Below are positions 54,088 to 64,000 of a stretch of DNA of 64,000 bases, one piece after another (position 1 is the first letter of the stretch; every line of letters begins with the position of its first letter). The stretch covers positions 29,574,001-29,638,000 of the forward strand of contig CM060732.1 in assembly GCA_030704615.1 (NCBI GenBank). The letters run 5' to 3'. The translations under genes and the position numbers were made by a program. The notes beneath the pieces are model-generated. The model saw only the letters and a list, made by a program, of their open reading frames with translations, had not been told where the DNA came from and did not search any database. Source of the DNA: Takakia lepidozioides. Lineage: Eukaryota; Plantae; Bryophyta.

Positions 54088-54494
54088 ATGCCAACTCCAG
54101 AGGAGATCTTTGATGCCATTGGGCATGCAAAGGTGTTTAGCCATTGAACTTGCGATCCGGTTACCACCAGTTTCCAATCAAAGAGGCTGACAAGCAAAAG
54201 ACGACATTCTGGGGGATTGACCAACATGGTTCCTATGAAGGGGAGTGTCTGGCTGCAGTATGGGCAGTGACACATTTTAGATACTACCTCTATGGCAATC
54301 TCTTCACTCTTGTCACAGATCACCAACCATTGAAGTGGTTGATGGAGTCAGACAAGCTTACATGGAAGCTTGCACGGTGGGCACTTATGCTTCAAGAGTA
54401 CGACTTCCAGGTGGTGCATCGAGCCGGAATAGTCAACCGGGATGCGGATGGATTGAGTCGCAATCCATGCACAAGTGAGCTTGATGATATATGA
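54088..54494 (+). pseudogene. RT continuation fused by internal deletion to the RNase H C-terminal half
   Basis: MPTPEEIFDAIGHAKVF..LRSGYHQ..KTTFWGIDQHG joins directly to SYEGECLAAVWAVTHFRYYLYG..TDHQPLKWL..ADGLSR. Confidence 0.88.
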
Positions 54495-54569
54495 GCTCAT
54501 TGGCATGGTGAGACGGACGAGGAGAGGGTGCTAGGATGACACGCATCTGCCTTTTTATGCATTCTAGCA

Positions 54570-56109
54570 ATGGGAGCTCAAGCTGGTCCATCCCTTGTGA
54601 TTGGTCATAAAGATAGTGTGCATGATGATCTAGAGATCAGTGAAGAGCTTGGTGGTGCTAAGGATGTACATGAAGATGCAGCAGTGTTGGCCTACCTTCG
54701 TACTGGAGAGACAACAGCTAGTGTGACTGCTAAGGAGAGAGATCGGATCCTACAACGAGCCAAGAGGTTCAAGTGGGAGGGGACTTACCTACTCCGAGTA
54801 TGGGAGGATGGACGAGTGGGGATTGTGCCTCATCCAACACAACGAGCGCGATTGGTACGCCATGCCCATGAGGAGTTGAGACATTTTGGGGTGCGACGCA
54901 CTCATAGTTTGCTGCAAGGACAGTATTGGTGGCGGAGCATGCACACGGATGTGCAACAGTTAGTGGCAAGGTGCATGGTGTGTGATAGAGTGCGAGCTTC
55001 TTTCAATGCACCTACTCCACAATTGTATCCTTTACCCATTATGGGTTTGGGCTATCGTTGGAGTCTTGACTTCGCAGGCCCATTGCCACTGACGATTCGC
55101 CATAACAAGTATGTGCTGGTGATGGTGGAACATTTCTCCAAATGGATTGAACTGGTGGCATTGCCTGACAAGGCAAGTGAGGGGGCTGCGTATGCATTCT
55201 TAGATCGAGTGCTTAGCCAATTTGGTGCTCCAGCCGAGGTACTCACGGACCAGGGGAGAGAGTTCTTGGGGGAGTTTTCAGGCTTTGTATGAGCAAGCCT
55301 TGATAGATCACCGCACTACTTCTCGGGATCATCCCGAGGCTGATGGCTTGGCGGAGAGAGTTGTTCAGACAGTCAAGAGAGGTTTGCGCAAGTATGGTTT
55401 GTAAAAGGGACACATAGGAGATTGGGACCTTCAGCTGCCTTGGCTAGCTATGGGCTATAGGTTCAGCAAACAAGCTTCACTTGCCTCCTTCTCACCTTAC
55501 TTTTCTATCTTCGGCCGAGAGCTAGATTTGCCTACATCTATTTGCAGGGAGACTGCAGTAGTCCTCAACCTTGATGATCCGGATGTGTGGACACAAGCAT
55601 GTGCCCAACGGGCAGAGTTGTTCAAGAGAGTTATGCCTATGGCTTTTGAGAACCTTGCTATTGCCCAACACCGAGACACATTGAGGTACGTCACTATACG
55701 TGGAGGGGGATATCGGCCAAGTGTTCGGCGTTTCCATCCTGGGGACTATATGTATCTGCAGTAGACAGCGCCTACGACCTTGGATGTCACAGCAGGTCGT
55801 GTGATTCTAAGGGTCCGGGAGGTGTTGCCTTCAGGAGTGTTGATTCTGGAGGGTCGAGATGGCATGGTATGGAAGGACCATGTGCGCAATTGTGCGCCAT
55901 GTCACCTTCCACATGTGGATGGGAAGATAGATCCCAACCTTGCAGTGGTACCTGCAGGGTTGCGTTGCATGCTATGTGGGCATGCTGGTGGTGCCGCGAC
56001 AATGTTGGTGTGTGACAAATGCTCAAGGGGGTGGCACATGGGATGCTTGACACCACCACTTGAGGAGGTTCCTAGTGAAGAATGGTTGTGTCCACGATGC
56101 CTTGGATAG
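54570..56109 (+). pseudogene. DDE integrase (H2C2 + core) with C-terminal PHD finger
   Basis: HAHEELRHFG...CMVC zinc motif; WSLDFAGPLP; VLTDQGREF; HPEADGLAERVVQ. C4HC3 PHD CMLC...CDKC...H..C...WLCPRC at 55966-56100. Confidence 0.92.
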
Positions 56110-56372
56110 AGGTAGTGGGGCATGACAGTGGTGAGGTTGACAAGTGATCTAAGGTCTAGCTAACGGGAGTTCAATGCCATGGACACCCAATTGAAGCCAT
56201 GGATTGCAGGAAGACGAGTAACGATGGGGCTACTTTTGCACCCGGCCTCTTGATCTATTGCCTTCAGATACTGGGACTTGGGCGATTGATGACCAAACGA
56301 TGATCTTATTGGGATGGATACTTGTCAGCTATCCGGTGTTAGAGGGACCTAATCACCAGCTAGGGGGGCGAT

Positions 56373-56910
56373 TGTGGTATAACTTTCTAGGATTGTGTGC
56401 TTAGATTGTGTGGTGGACAGCAATGTATGTTGTGGCACGATGCTTAGGTGCACGACAACTGTCATGGTTTTAGTCATGGTTATCTAGAATTACCTACTTC
56501 TAGTTAACTATGACATTTTAGATATTTATATTAATATTTAGTGTGTTGGGACTTCATTTGGTCTCACATGCCAAGTGAGGTGTCGAGCCTCACTTGAGAC
56601 ATGGGGATAGGTTTTCCCCTTGTGAGGATGGAGGAGGCTCATCTTCTTGTAGTTGAGCCTCCATGAGCCTCTCTCATCTCCATAGCTCTAGGTATTGAGA
56701 GGGAGTGTGGTGAGGGCTTTGTAGGGTGGATTCCCTTAGCAAGGGTGCCCTTGGCTTGACTTAGTTTATGTGATTGAGTGGATTCATGAGTGGAGGGTTT
56801 CCATTATGTTCTCTTCCATTTTCATTGTGGTATAACTTTCTAGGATTGTGTGCTTAGATTGTGTGGTGGACAACAATGTATGTTGTGGCACGATGCTTAG
56901 GTGCACGACA
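56373..56910 (+). repeat. 3' terminal repeat block B1(56373-56457)-AC-A2(56460-56824)-B2(56826-56910)
   Basis: B1 and B2 are 85 bp each with one mismatch. A2 matches A1. Confidence 0.92.
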
Positions 56911-56914
56911 GCTT

Positions 56915-58605
56915 TGACCATGCTACAATCACTCTATCCATCGCATTACCTGACTCTTACAAGCGTGGAAGAGGCCTCTACAAAATCAATAATCTCCTCT
57001 TGTAGTTCCCAAAATTTAAACAGGGCTTGCTACTAGCCTAGACTCAAGACGGGAACAACCTCCTCGACCCCACGCAGAGATTCTTGGACAACCTGAAGGC
57101 TGTTAACATTGAAAGCCAAAGAATGAGGCGGAAGCTGACTGACATCAAGAAGAAAAAGGTTGTGGCCTTAAACAAGTGCCTTAGAGTCTATCAAGCCAAA
57201 CTGGAATCTAGTCGCTATGATGAGGATACCTACCGCACATATGTTCAAGCCAAAAACAACTTGGATATTCACCACAAGATTCAGGAGAGGAAATGGAAAC
57301 TTTGTGTGGATCCTCAGAAGACCCCTCGCAGAAATGGATATTGATCCCCTGGAATGGTCATGGAGATTTAGCAATGAGCCGGAGCCCTTCTTTGCGTATA
57401 CAACTGAAAAGGGATATAAAGCCATGTCCGTTACCCATCCTATGTACAAAAAGTGGGAATTTAAATGGGGGTTGTACAACTTCCACGAGGAGAAATGACA
57501 AACTATCTGGGGTTCAATCTGGATTAAAACACGTCCATCGAAAGTTGCAGCTTTCCTCTGGCAAGTAATAAATAAGGGCTAAAAGTTGGGGATGACTTCA
57601 GTTTCAGGGAGCTGTTCTGTGTGCTTGCTGCTCCACTGCCGTCTTGGAATCTTTAGAACATTGTCTCCTTTTATGTCAAGCTCCTGCCAAGATCTGGCCA
57701 TATGTTAGATCATTCTACAGATGTTGGGATCACAGGATTCTCTCTGACACAAATATTTTACTAAACTATGATCCAGTCTCCAAAAGTAGAAGCCTCAACT
57801 GCCCATTTTTTGAAACCCTCATGGCATCTGTAATGTGGCACATTTGGAAACTACGATGCAAAAGCACGTTTAGTGGCCAAACCAAAACCATATCTTCCCT
57901 ACTTACCTCGGTCTTTCTTGATTTGCAAACTGAAGCCAGGAAGGCCTGTGCCAAACTCTGTGCAGACATTCAACAAAACTCCACGAATGCAGCAGCGATC
58001 CACAGGAGATTTCAACACACCTGGGGTAAGCAGAACATCATATGCAGTAGCCTTGTGCAGGATCAATGCAACTGGAACGAGCTCCCCCCTCAAGCTTGGC
58101 GAGACCTCACTCCACACTTTCCCCCGAAGGAGGTCAACTGGAAGCATCTAAAACACTCCACGACAACTTCAAAACTATGCTATAGATAGAATGATCTCTT
58201 TGCCCCTCTCAGGTCAATGACTCATTAACGTCCATCTCCAAACATCTCTGGAACGCCGTGGCTGATCTTTAGCAGCCCAATAGTAAATAGGTTAAGCATT
58301 TGCTACACTTCAAATCTTGGGCAGTATGCCCTATTTTTTGGTCTCTTCGACTTTTTCTCCGGAAGGAATTGTCTGGCTCGTGGTTTAATCGTAGTGCCGT
58401 GCCTTTAGTAGGGACATGGTCTTTTGTCCCTTGGACTTAAATCTCCATTAGAGATTGTTGGTTCTCGATACACTGAATATAGTGTGTGCGCCTTATGGCG
58501 TAATTGGGGTTTTAATTTTTTTCCCCTTCAAATAATTTTTCAATAAATTATTCAGGGATTCAATCCCCCTGTTCCTTTAATATATATATATATATATATA
58601 TATAT
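56915..58605 (+). mobile_element. L1-like LINE ORF2, right part (RT domain deleted), ending near an (AT)n tract
   Basis: DH motif right after the TSD; zf-RVT-like ESLEHCLLLC and VMWHIWKLRC (57644-58189); (AT)n at about 58580-58605. Confidence 0.75.
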
Positions 58606-60089
58606 TTGGTAATTTGTTCTTTTTTGTTTTTTTTCGACAGGGGGATTGTTTCCCTGGTTAACTTTATTATTTATTGTATTGGGACAAAGCCCTTACAAAT
58701 TATTTGGGATTAATGACTTGCCACCATTTACTTTTCTAAGGGAAATTTATCTCCGTTAATATTGCAATAGTGGCAAATGGGGTTGGGTAAATGAGGTGAT
58801 GGTTTGTTATAACTATCTACCTCTTCATGTTGTCTACCTCTTCACGCTCTCGTTTATGGCTAGAGCAATACTTCTTGCAATCTGCTACACGTGAAAAAAG
58901 AAGAGAGACAAATTGGACCGACGATATAGTGAGAGAGATGACACTGACACAAGATTGTCGACTAAGTACTGGCTAACATATAATTTGTTCTAAAAGCTTT
59001 CAACTCTAGCAATAAGTTTGCATGAATATTCACCCCAAACAGAAGATCTAAGAGTAGATAAGATGATATCAATGTGCTAGTTGAAATATGAGTGTTGGTG
59101 CTCATGGAGATGCGGAGTACCAAGTGTGGATCATGTCACTGGTCAGTGCCGGGGTGAGAGATATCTATCTTGTCAGCTTTGCTGATTTATGATATGTGTG
59201 TTTTTCTAGTATCTCGGATATATGAGTGTAGGGTTGGAGCTTTGTCATACCCTGATTGTGATGGTAGTGCAAGATTTAATGTAGAACCGTTTTCTCTTTT
59301 CTGCATCAAACTGAACATGGGCTTCTCACATCCAAAACAAGCTTTACTAGAACCGATCTATCACTTACTGTAATTCAGTGTACACGGAGGTTCCAATTTA
59401 GGTCATCCAATTTTCAATAGGCTCCTCCTGCAACACAACCCGCATTGCGATTGAAGTATGATATGTATGTCCTCATCTTTAGACTGGGCTCAGAGAATAA
59501 TTTTAGGAGAATCTTCTTTAGGTCGTCCCCCTTGTAAGATTTGATTTCAACAGTCATGTGATGGTACTACAAGAACAATCATGTGTTGATGCAAGTGGAC
59601 AAACGTTATGAAACTGACCCTAATTATGTTTCCCACTCTCGTCCTTTTATACCAAGGAGCTACTGGATCAAAGGAGCTGTTGAAGCCTGTCCAAGATGTC
59701 TTAGAAAGCATAATACCCGAGAAAGACACACAGACGTTAAGGATGTCCCAGGACAGTGGGTATGAGCTCATGAATGGGAGAGAAAGATTTATACAAAATG
59801 ACCTCGAAGGAGAGGTGCTGCAGACTTCATAGTTTTAAGTTGGAGTACGAGTTTGACATCTCGGCCAAGCTACATTGGTTTCCAACATTACCTATTTCGG
59901 TTGACAATTTGTCAGTCAGTTCCAGATGCATTACCTGATAAACGGTGTTGTTCTACGAAGTTCCAGAGCTTTGATAGTGCGTGGTCAAATATTTGTGAGT
60001 GTTATGAAAAAGACTGTGAAGGCAATGGGACAGACCCAAGATGTGCGATGAAGAGTGGGGAGGAAATGAAATCTCGAGGACAGAACTAA

Positions 60090-61652
60090 ATGGGCAATTC
60101 ATGTACGGGTAATGGTGGGCATCAAGCAAAGGGCACTCCGGCCAAGAAGAGTTCGCAGGTAGCAGGGGTGATTGAAGCACTGAAAAAAGGTGGGAAGGCG
60201 AAAAAGGGGCAGGGTGTTGCTTCGTCAGTGCTGCAGCGGGACACGGAGAATGTCAAAGACGTATACACCCTGGGGAGGAAGTTGGGGCAGGGCCAATATG
60301 GGATCACCTACTTGTGCACTGAGAAGGCCACCAAGAGACAATATGCATGCAAAACGATATCCAAGCGAAAACTCATTGTACAGGAGGATGTTGACGATGT
60401 GCGGCGGGAGCTCCACATCATGCATCATTTGTCTGGGCACCCCAACATTGTGATCATAAAGGGGGCTTACGAGGATGCATCAGCGGTACATCTGGTGATG
60501 GAGTTATGTGCAGGGGGAGAGCTCTTTGATCGCATCATAAAGAGAGGGCATTACAGTGAGGCAAAGGCGGCGCAGCTGACTCGAACAATTGTGGGTGTAG
60601 TGGAGGCTTGCCATTCATTGGGAGTCATGCATCGGGATTTGAAGCCAGAAAATTTTCTCTTACTCAGTGAAGATGAGGATGCACTCCTCAAGACTACAGA
60701 TTTTGGGTTGTCTGTATTCTATACACCCGGTCAAGTGTTCAGTGATGTCGTTGGGAGCCCATATTATGTTGCCCCAGAAGTGCTTCGCAAACGCTACGGC
60801 CCCGAAGCGGATGTTTGGAGTGCGGGCGTGATTGTGTACATTCTTCTTTGCGGAAGTCCTCCTTTTTGGGCCGAGACCGAGCAGGGCATATTTGCTCAAG
60901 TGTTGAGAGGTGAACTAGATTTTGAGTCGGATCCTTGGCCGAGTATCTCTGAAAGCGCCAAAGGCTTGATTCGTAAGATGCTCTGCGCATATCCTGGGAA
61001 CCGCCTGAAAGCTCATCAAGTCTTGAGTCATCCTTGGATTTGTGAGGATGGCGTAGCACCAGACAAGCCGATCGACTCGGCGGTGCAAACACGACTCAAA
61101 CAGTTCTCAGCCATGAACAAAATCAAGAAACTTGCTATTCAAGTTATTGCAAAGAGTCTCTCGGAAGAGGAGATCGCGGGCTTGAGAGAGTTGTTTAAGA
61201 TGATGGACACAGATAATAGTGGTGCAATTAGCTTTGAAGAGTTGAGGGCGGGGCTTAAAAAAGTTGGCTCCAGCCTTCAAGAGGCAGATGTCCGGGATCT
61301 CATGAACGCTGCCGATGTTGACCGAAGTGGAACTATAGACTATGGTGAGTTTTTGGCTGCAACGCTACATTTGAGCAAGATTGAGCGTGAGGAGAATTTG
61401 TTTGCTGCATTCAAATATTTTGATAAAGATGGGAGTGGCTATATCACTACTGATGAGCTGCAACAAGCATGCACTGAATTCAACATGGGTGAGATTAGCG
61501 TTGAGGATCTCATTCGTGAGGTTGACCAAGACAATGATGGGCGCATTGATTACCATGAATTTGCGACAATGATGCGCAAGGGCAATGGGGGTGTTGGGCG
61601 GACTAACATCCGCAGCAGCCTAAGTCTCTCTGATGCCCTCATGGTGGGCTAG
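60090..61652 (+). CDS. CPK: Calcium-dependent protein kinase (CDPK/CPK), intronless, 520 aa
   Basis: MGNSC acylation motif; kinase [21 protein letters not shown]; junction [12 protein letters not shown]; four EF-hands (DTDNSG, DVDRSG, DKDGSG, DQDNDG). Confidence 0.97.
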   Translation: MGNSCTGNGGHQAKGTPAKKSSQVAGVIEALKKGGKAKKGQGVASSVLQRDTENVKDVYTLGRKLGQGQYGITYLCTEKATKRQYACKTISKRKLIVQEDVDDVRRELHIMHHLSGHPNIVIIKGAYEDASAVHLVMELCAGGELFDRIIKRGHYSEAKAAQLTRTIVGVVEACHSLGVMHRDLKPENFLLLSEDEDALLKTTDFGLSVFYTPGQVFSDVVGSPYYVAPEVLRKRYGPEADVWSAGVIVYILLCGSPPFWAETEQGIFAQVLRGELDFESDPWPSISESAKGLIRKMLCAYPGNRLKAHQVLSHPWICEDGVAPDKPIDSAVQTRLKQFSAMNKIKKLAIQVIAKSLSEEEIAGLRELFKMMDTDNSGAISFEELRAGLKKVGSSLQEADVRDLMNAADVDRSGTIDYGEFLAATLHLSKIEREENLFAAFKYFDKDGSGYITTDELQQACTEFNMGEISVEDLIREVDQDNDGRIDYHEFATMMRKGNGGVGRTNIRSSLSLSDALMVG

Positions 61653-63457
61653 ACCTTCCCCGTCTCTCTCTCTCTTCATCTTTGCTGAGATTGCATTCTT
61701 TTGTTTCAAAGATGTCAGCTGGGGGTAAGTCCAAGTTAGGCACTTGACTAATTAATGCATGGGATACATATATCGGCTGGGGGCAATACAAAGGGCCACA
61801 GTTTCACATTCACTGACTTGGTCCTCTCACACACCATTGGAAACAGAATAACACTTTGTACATGGGGGAAGGGGCTTTGTGCTAATGAAACTATGTCCAA
61901 ACAAGTTACTGCAAGATTGAGAGCTATTTTCTTAAAGCTATTTGAAATACATCCAATTTTTGTGGCCAGAAAGCTTCATCTGCATGAAGTGAAATTCTTG
62001 GAGCGGTAACATCCTCAAATGCTCTAAAGACTTGGAAGTCGAGAGAGAGTACTATACAGAGACGGAGAGAGAGTACTATAGAGAGATCGACAGACATCCT
62101 TTGATGATATGACCTGTAATCGTGCTGTGATAATGTCCTCAGGTCCAGCAACCTCAAAAGGAGGTCGTGCCACCAAAGAGGGTCCCACCACCAAAGAAGA
62201 AGCCCCCACCAAAGACCGATGGGGACTGGATGGATTGACAGAACAACCCAAGAACTATAACTATTTTGGAATTTTCACGAGATCTTGGGAATGTGATCCG
62301 TGCAGGATGTGTGAGGCAGAGACAATTGAGAAGACTTGTCAACGCACTAATTCTGACCCTATCACAAATAACTGAGGGTAGAACTCAACGATGTTCACGA
62401 CGGTAGTTGATCAGCGATTGGTAGGTGTGAATGTCTGAGAGCCAACCTGGATTGCATTTTTGGGGCCTCACAACAAGGGCACGCATGTTGGGTGTGCTCA
62501 TCTTGCCTTATCTCTTGACAAATACCTACTCAGTGCCCAAATTTCTCTATCTAAATGTGCTTCCACGACATTCATGCTTGCCGCGTCTAAACAGGTCTCC
62601 ACAAACTGCGCATCCAGGGGGGAAGGTCCAGTAACGGAGTACACTCCTGGGTGGTGAGTAGTAAGGTATGTAGTTGCACAGTCGTCGGCAGTGTATTGGG
62701 GCGTGCTCTGCTCTGCTCTGTTTTTTTTGGTGTGAGGTTGTAGGGACAGCAGCCCAAGTTGCCACATTACTCTCCTACATTACCTGAGCACGTGGGTGAC
62801 GAGGCCTTATTAACTACCCCAGTCAAAACCAACAACAAGCAAAAGGCTCAGGGAGAGAGTGAGGGGACGTGGATGAGCAGTGTCTACTTAGGAAATAGAC
62901 TGTAGACCAGCCAGCACCAGTTGTCTTGTTCATACCACGCAAGTGAGATGGCGGACGGGAGGAAGCTCCTGCGAAGCCTCTCTTGTGTGACCGGGGCGTG
63001 TGTACGACGGGGAAGCGTGAGAAGATGCACTGATGAGCGGGTTTTGTAGAGGGAAATTTCCGTGTTTGACTGCGCAAAGGCAGTGGCTGTGGATGTCGGA
63101 GCGATGGTATCGGAGTACGCTGGAGAGATAAGAGTCTCCGTGTTGCTGAAGGCGGAACTCATGCCCAGTGCTGAGTACAGTTGTTGTGGCATCTAGTGTC
63201 CGTCCTTATGCTACTTTGCAGAAGACCTGGTGTTGGCGAATGGGTGGCAGGGCCGCTTCTCTAGGAAGAACGTCACGGGCTTGAGTTTTTCGCCTGTCAG
63301 TCCGTTCTCTCTTAAAGAGTCTGCAGTGTGCAGTTGGTTGCTTCCCCGTGCGTAAAAACCGTGTAGACTAACGCACAGAAGGAGAGAAGACATACAGACT
63401 GGGGGACAGTTCTTCTGGGAGCTAAGGTGGGGAGAGATGGAAGAGAGAGGACACTAA

Positions 63458-64000
63458 ATGGGCAATACTTGTATTGGTGCAGCAAGTAAGACCGGCTTCT
63501 TCCAAGGCTTCTCACGGACCAATTCCTTTTCTTCGACAGCCACATGCAACGGTCAGCCCACGTCCACCTCCCAGGCGGAACTCCGTCACGACCGCACCAG
63601 CAACCCGATCAGTAGTCAAGGCTCCCCAAAGCGAGACCTTGAGCATCACACTACCCAGAAAACACCCCCCATTACTAACCACATTCAGCCTGTTGGGGCT
63701 GTCCATAACTACGAGCAGTTTAAAGAGGTGATTGAAGCCATGAAGAAAGGTGGGGAGGTGAAGGTGACACCAGGGCAAAGCCTGACTGCCGCAGTGCTTC
63801 AGCGGCAGACGGAGAATCTTAGGGACTTCTACACTCTTGGGAGGAAGCTTGGGCAGGGCCAGTTTGGTACCACTTACCTGTGCATTGAGAAGGCCACCAG
63901 CAAGGAGTATGCTTGCAAATCCATTGCCAAGCGAAAGCTCATTTCGCAAGAAGATGTAGATGATGTGCGACGGGAGCTGCACATCATGCATCACTTGTCG
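63458..64000 (+). CDS. CPK: Second CDPK/CPK, 5' part (continues beyond the window)
   Basis: Open frame from ATG 63458: MGNTCIG...[69 protein letters not shown]. Absent from the ORF track, presumably because it has no stop inside the window. Confidence 0.93.
   Translation, partial: MGNTCIGAASKTGFFQGFSRTNSFSSTATCNGQPTSTSQAELRHDRTSNPISSQGSPKRDLEHHTTQKTPPITNHIQPVGAVHNYEQFKEVIEAMKKGGEVKVTPGQSLTAAVLQRQTENLRDFYTLGRKLGQGQFGTTYLCIEKATSKEYACKSIAKRKLISQEDVDDVRRELHIMHHLS

Larger units (their letters stand above)
42103..56910 (+). mobile_element. Ty3/gypsy-type retrotransposon encoding gag-PR-DNMT-RT-RH-INT-PHD, with split direct terminal repeats; degenerate
   Basis: TG...CA termini; 4-bp TSD GCTT (42099-42102, 56911-56914); domains listed separately; PPT-like AGGGGGGCGA at 56362-56371. 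Confidence 0.92.

Noticed and set aside
42103-56910. DIRS/Ngaro tyrosine-recombinase element
   Set aside because: The termini resemble that class, but no recombinase motif was seen. A DDE integrase and an aspartic protease are present.
59075-59420. Possible decayed solo LTR (GTTGAAA...TTTCAA)
   Set aside because: No intact TG/CA termini, TSD or second copy.
63512-63994. 160-aa minus-strand ORF (and similar antisense ORFs over the MYB, CAO and CDPK genes)
   Set aside because: Shadow ORFs opposite well-supported plus-strand coding sequence.

Overview
Eukaryotic nuclear DNA from a land plant, probably a non-seed plant (inferred from abundant PLS-type PPR/DYW fragments, nuclear PsbX, cpSRP43 and CDPK). 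A gene island holds an R2R3-MYB of the MYB98/64/119-FGMYB type (23.6-27.6 kb), cpSRP43/CAO (28.7-31.2 kb) and PsbX (35.1-35.7 kb, minus strand). Two tandem CDPKs lie at the right end (60.1-61.7 kb, intronless; 63.5 kb to the window edge). Most of the remainder is decayed, nested transposable elements. The most striking object is a 14.8-kb Ty3/gypsy-type retrotransposon (42103-56910, 4-bp TSD GCTT). Its decayed pol region carries a C5 cytosine DNA methyltransferase between protease and RT and a PHD finger at the integrase C-terminus. Its ends are not ordinary LTRs but an A1...B1-A2-B2 split-direct-repeat arrangement, and a solo A-B unit with its own 4-bp TSD lies at 36194-36673. This element interrupts a LINE endonuclease and is itself interrupted by a 5.4-kb Pack-MULE-like element (9-bp TSD) carrying shuffled PPR, DYW and OSB/PDF-motif fragments, which in turn contains a hAT MITE (8-bp TSD). 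Related PPR/OSB chimeric cargo also occurs at about 10-13.5 kb and inside a PIF/Harbinger element at 15303-19459. All calls come from reading motifs by eye; no database searches were run.
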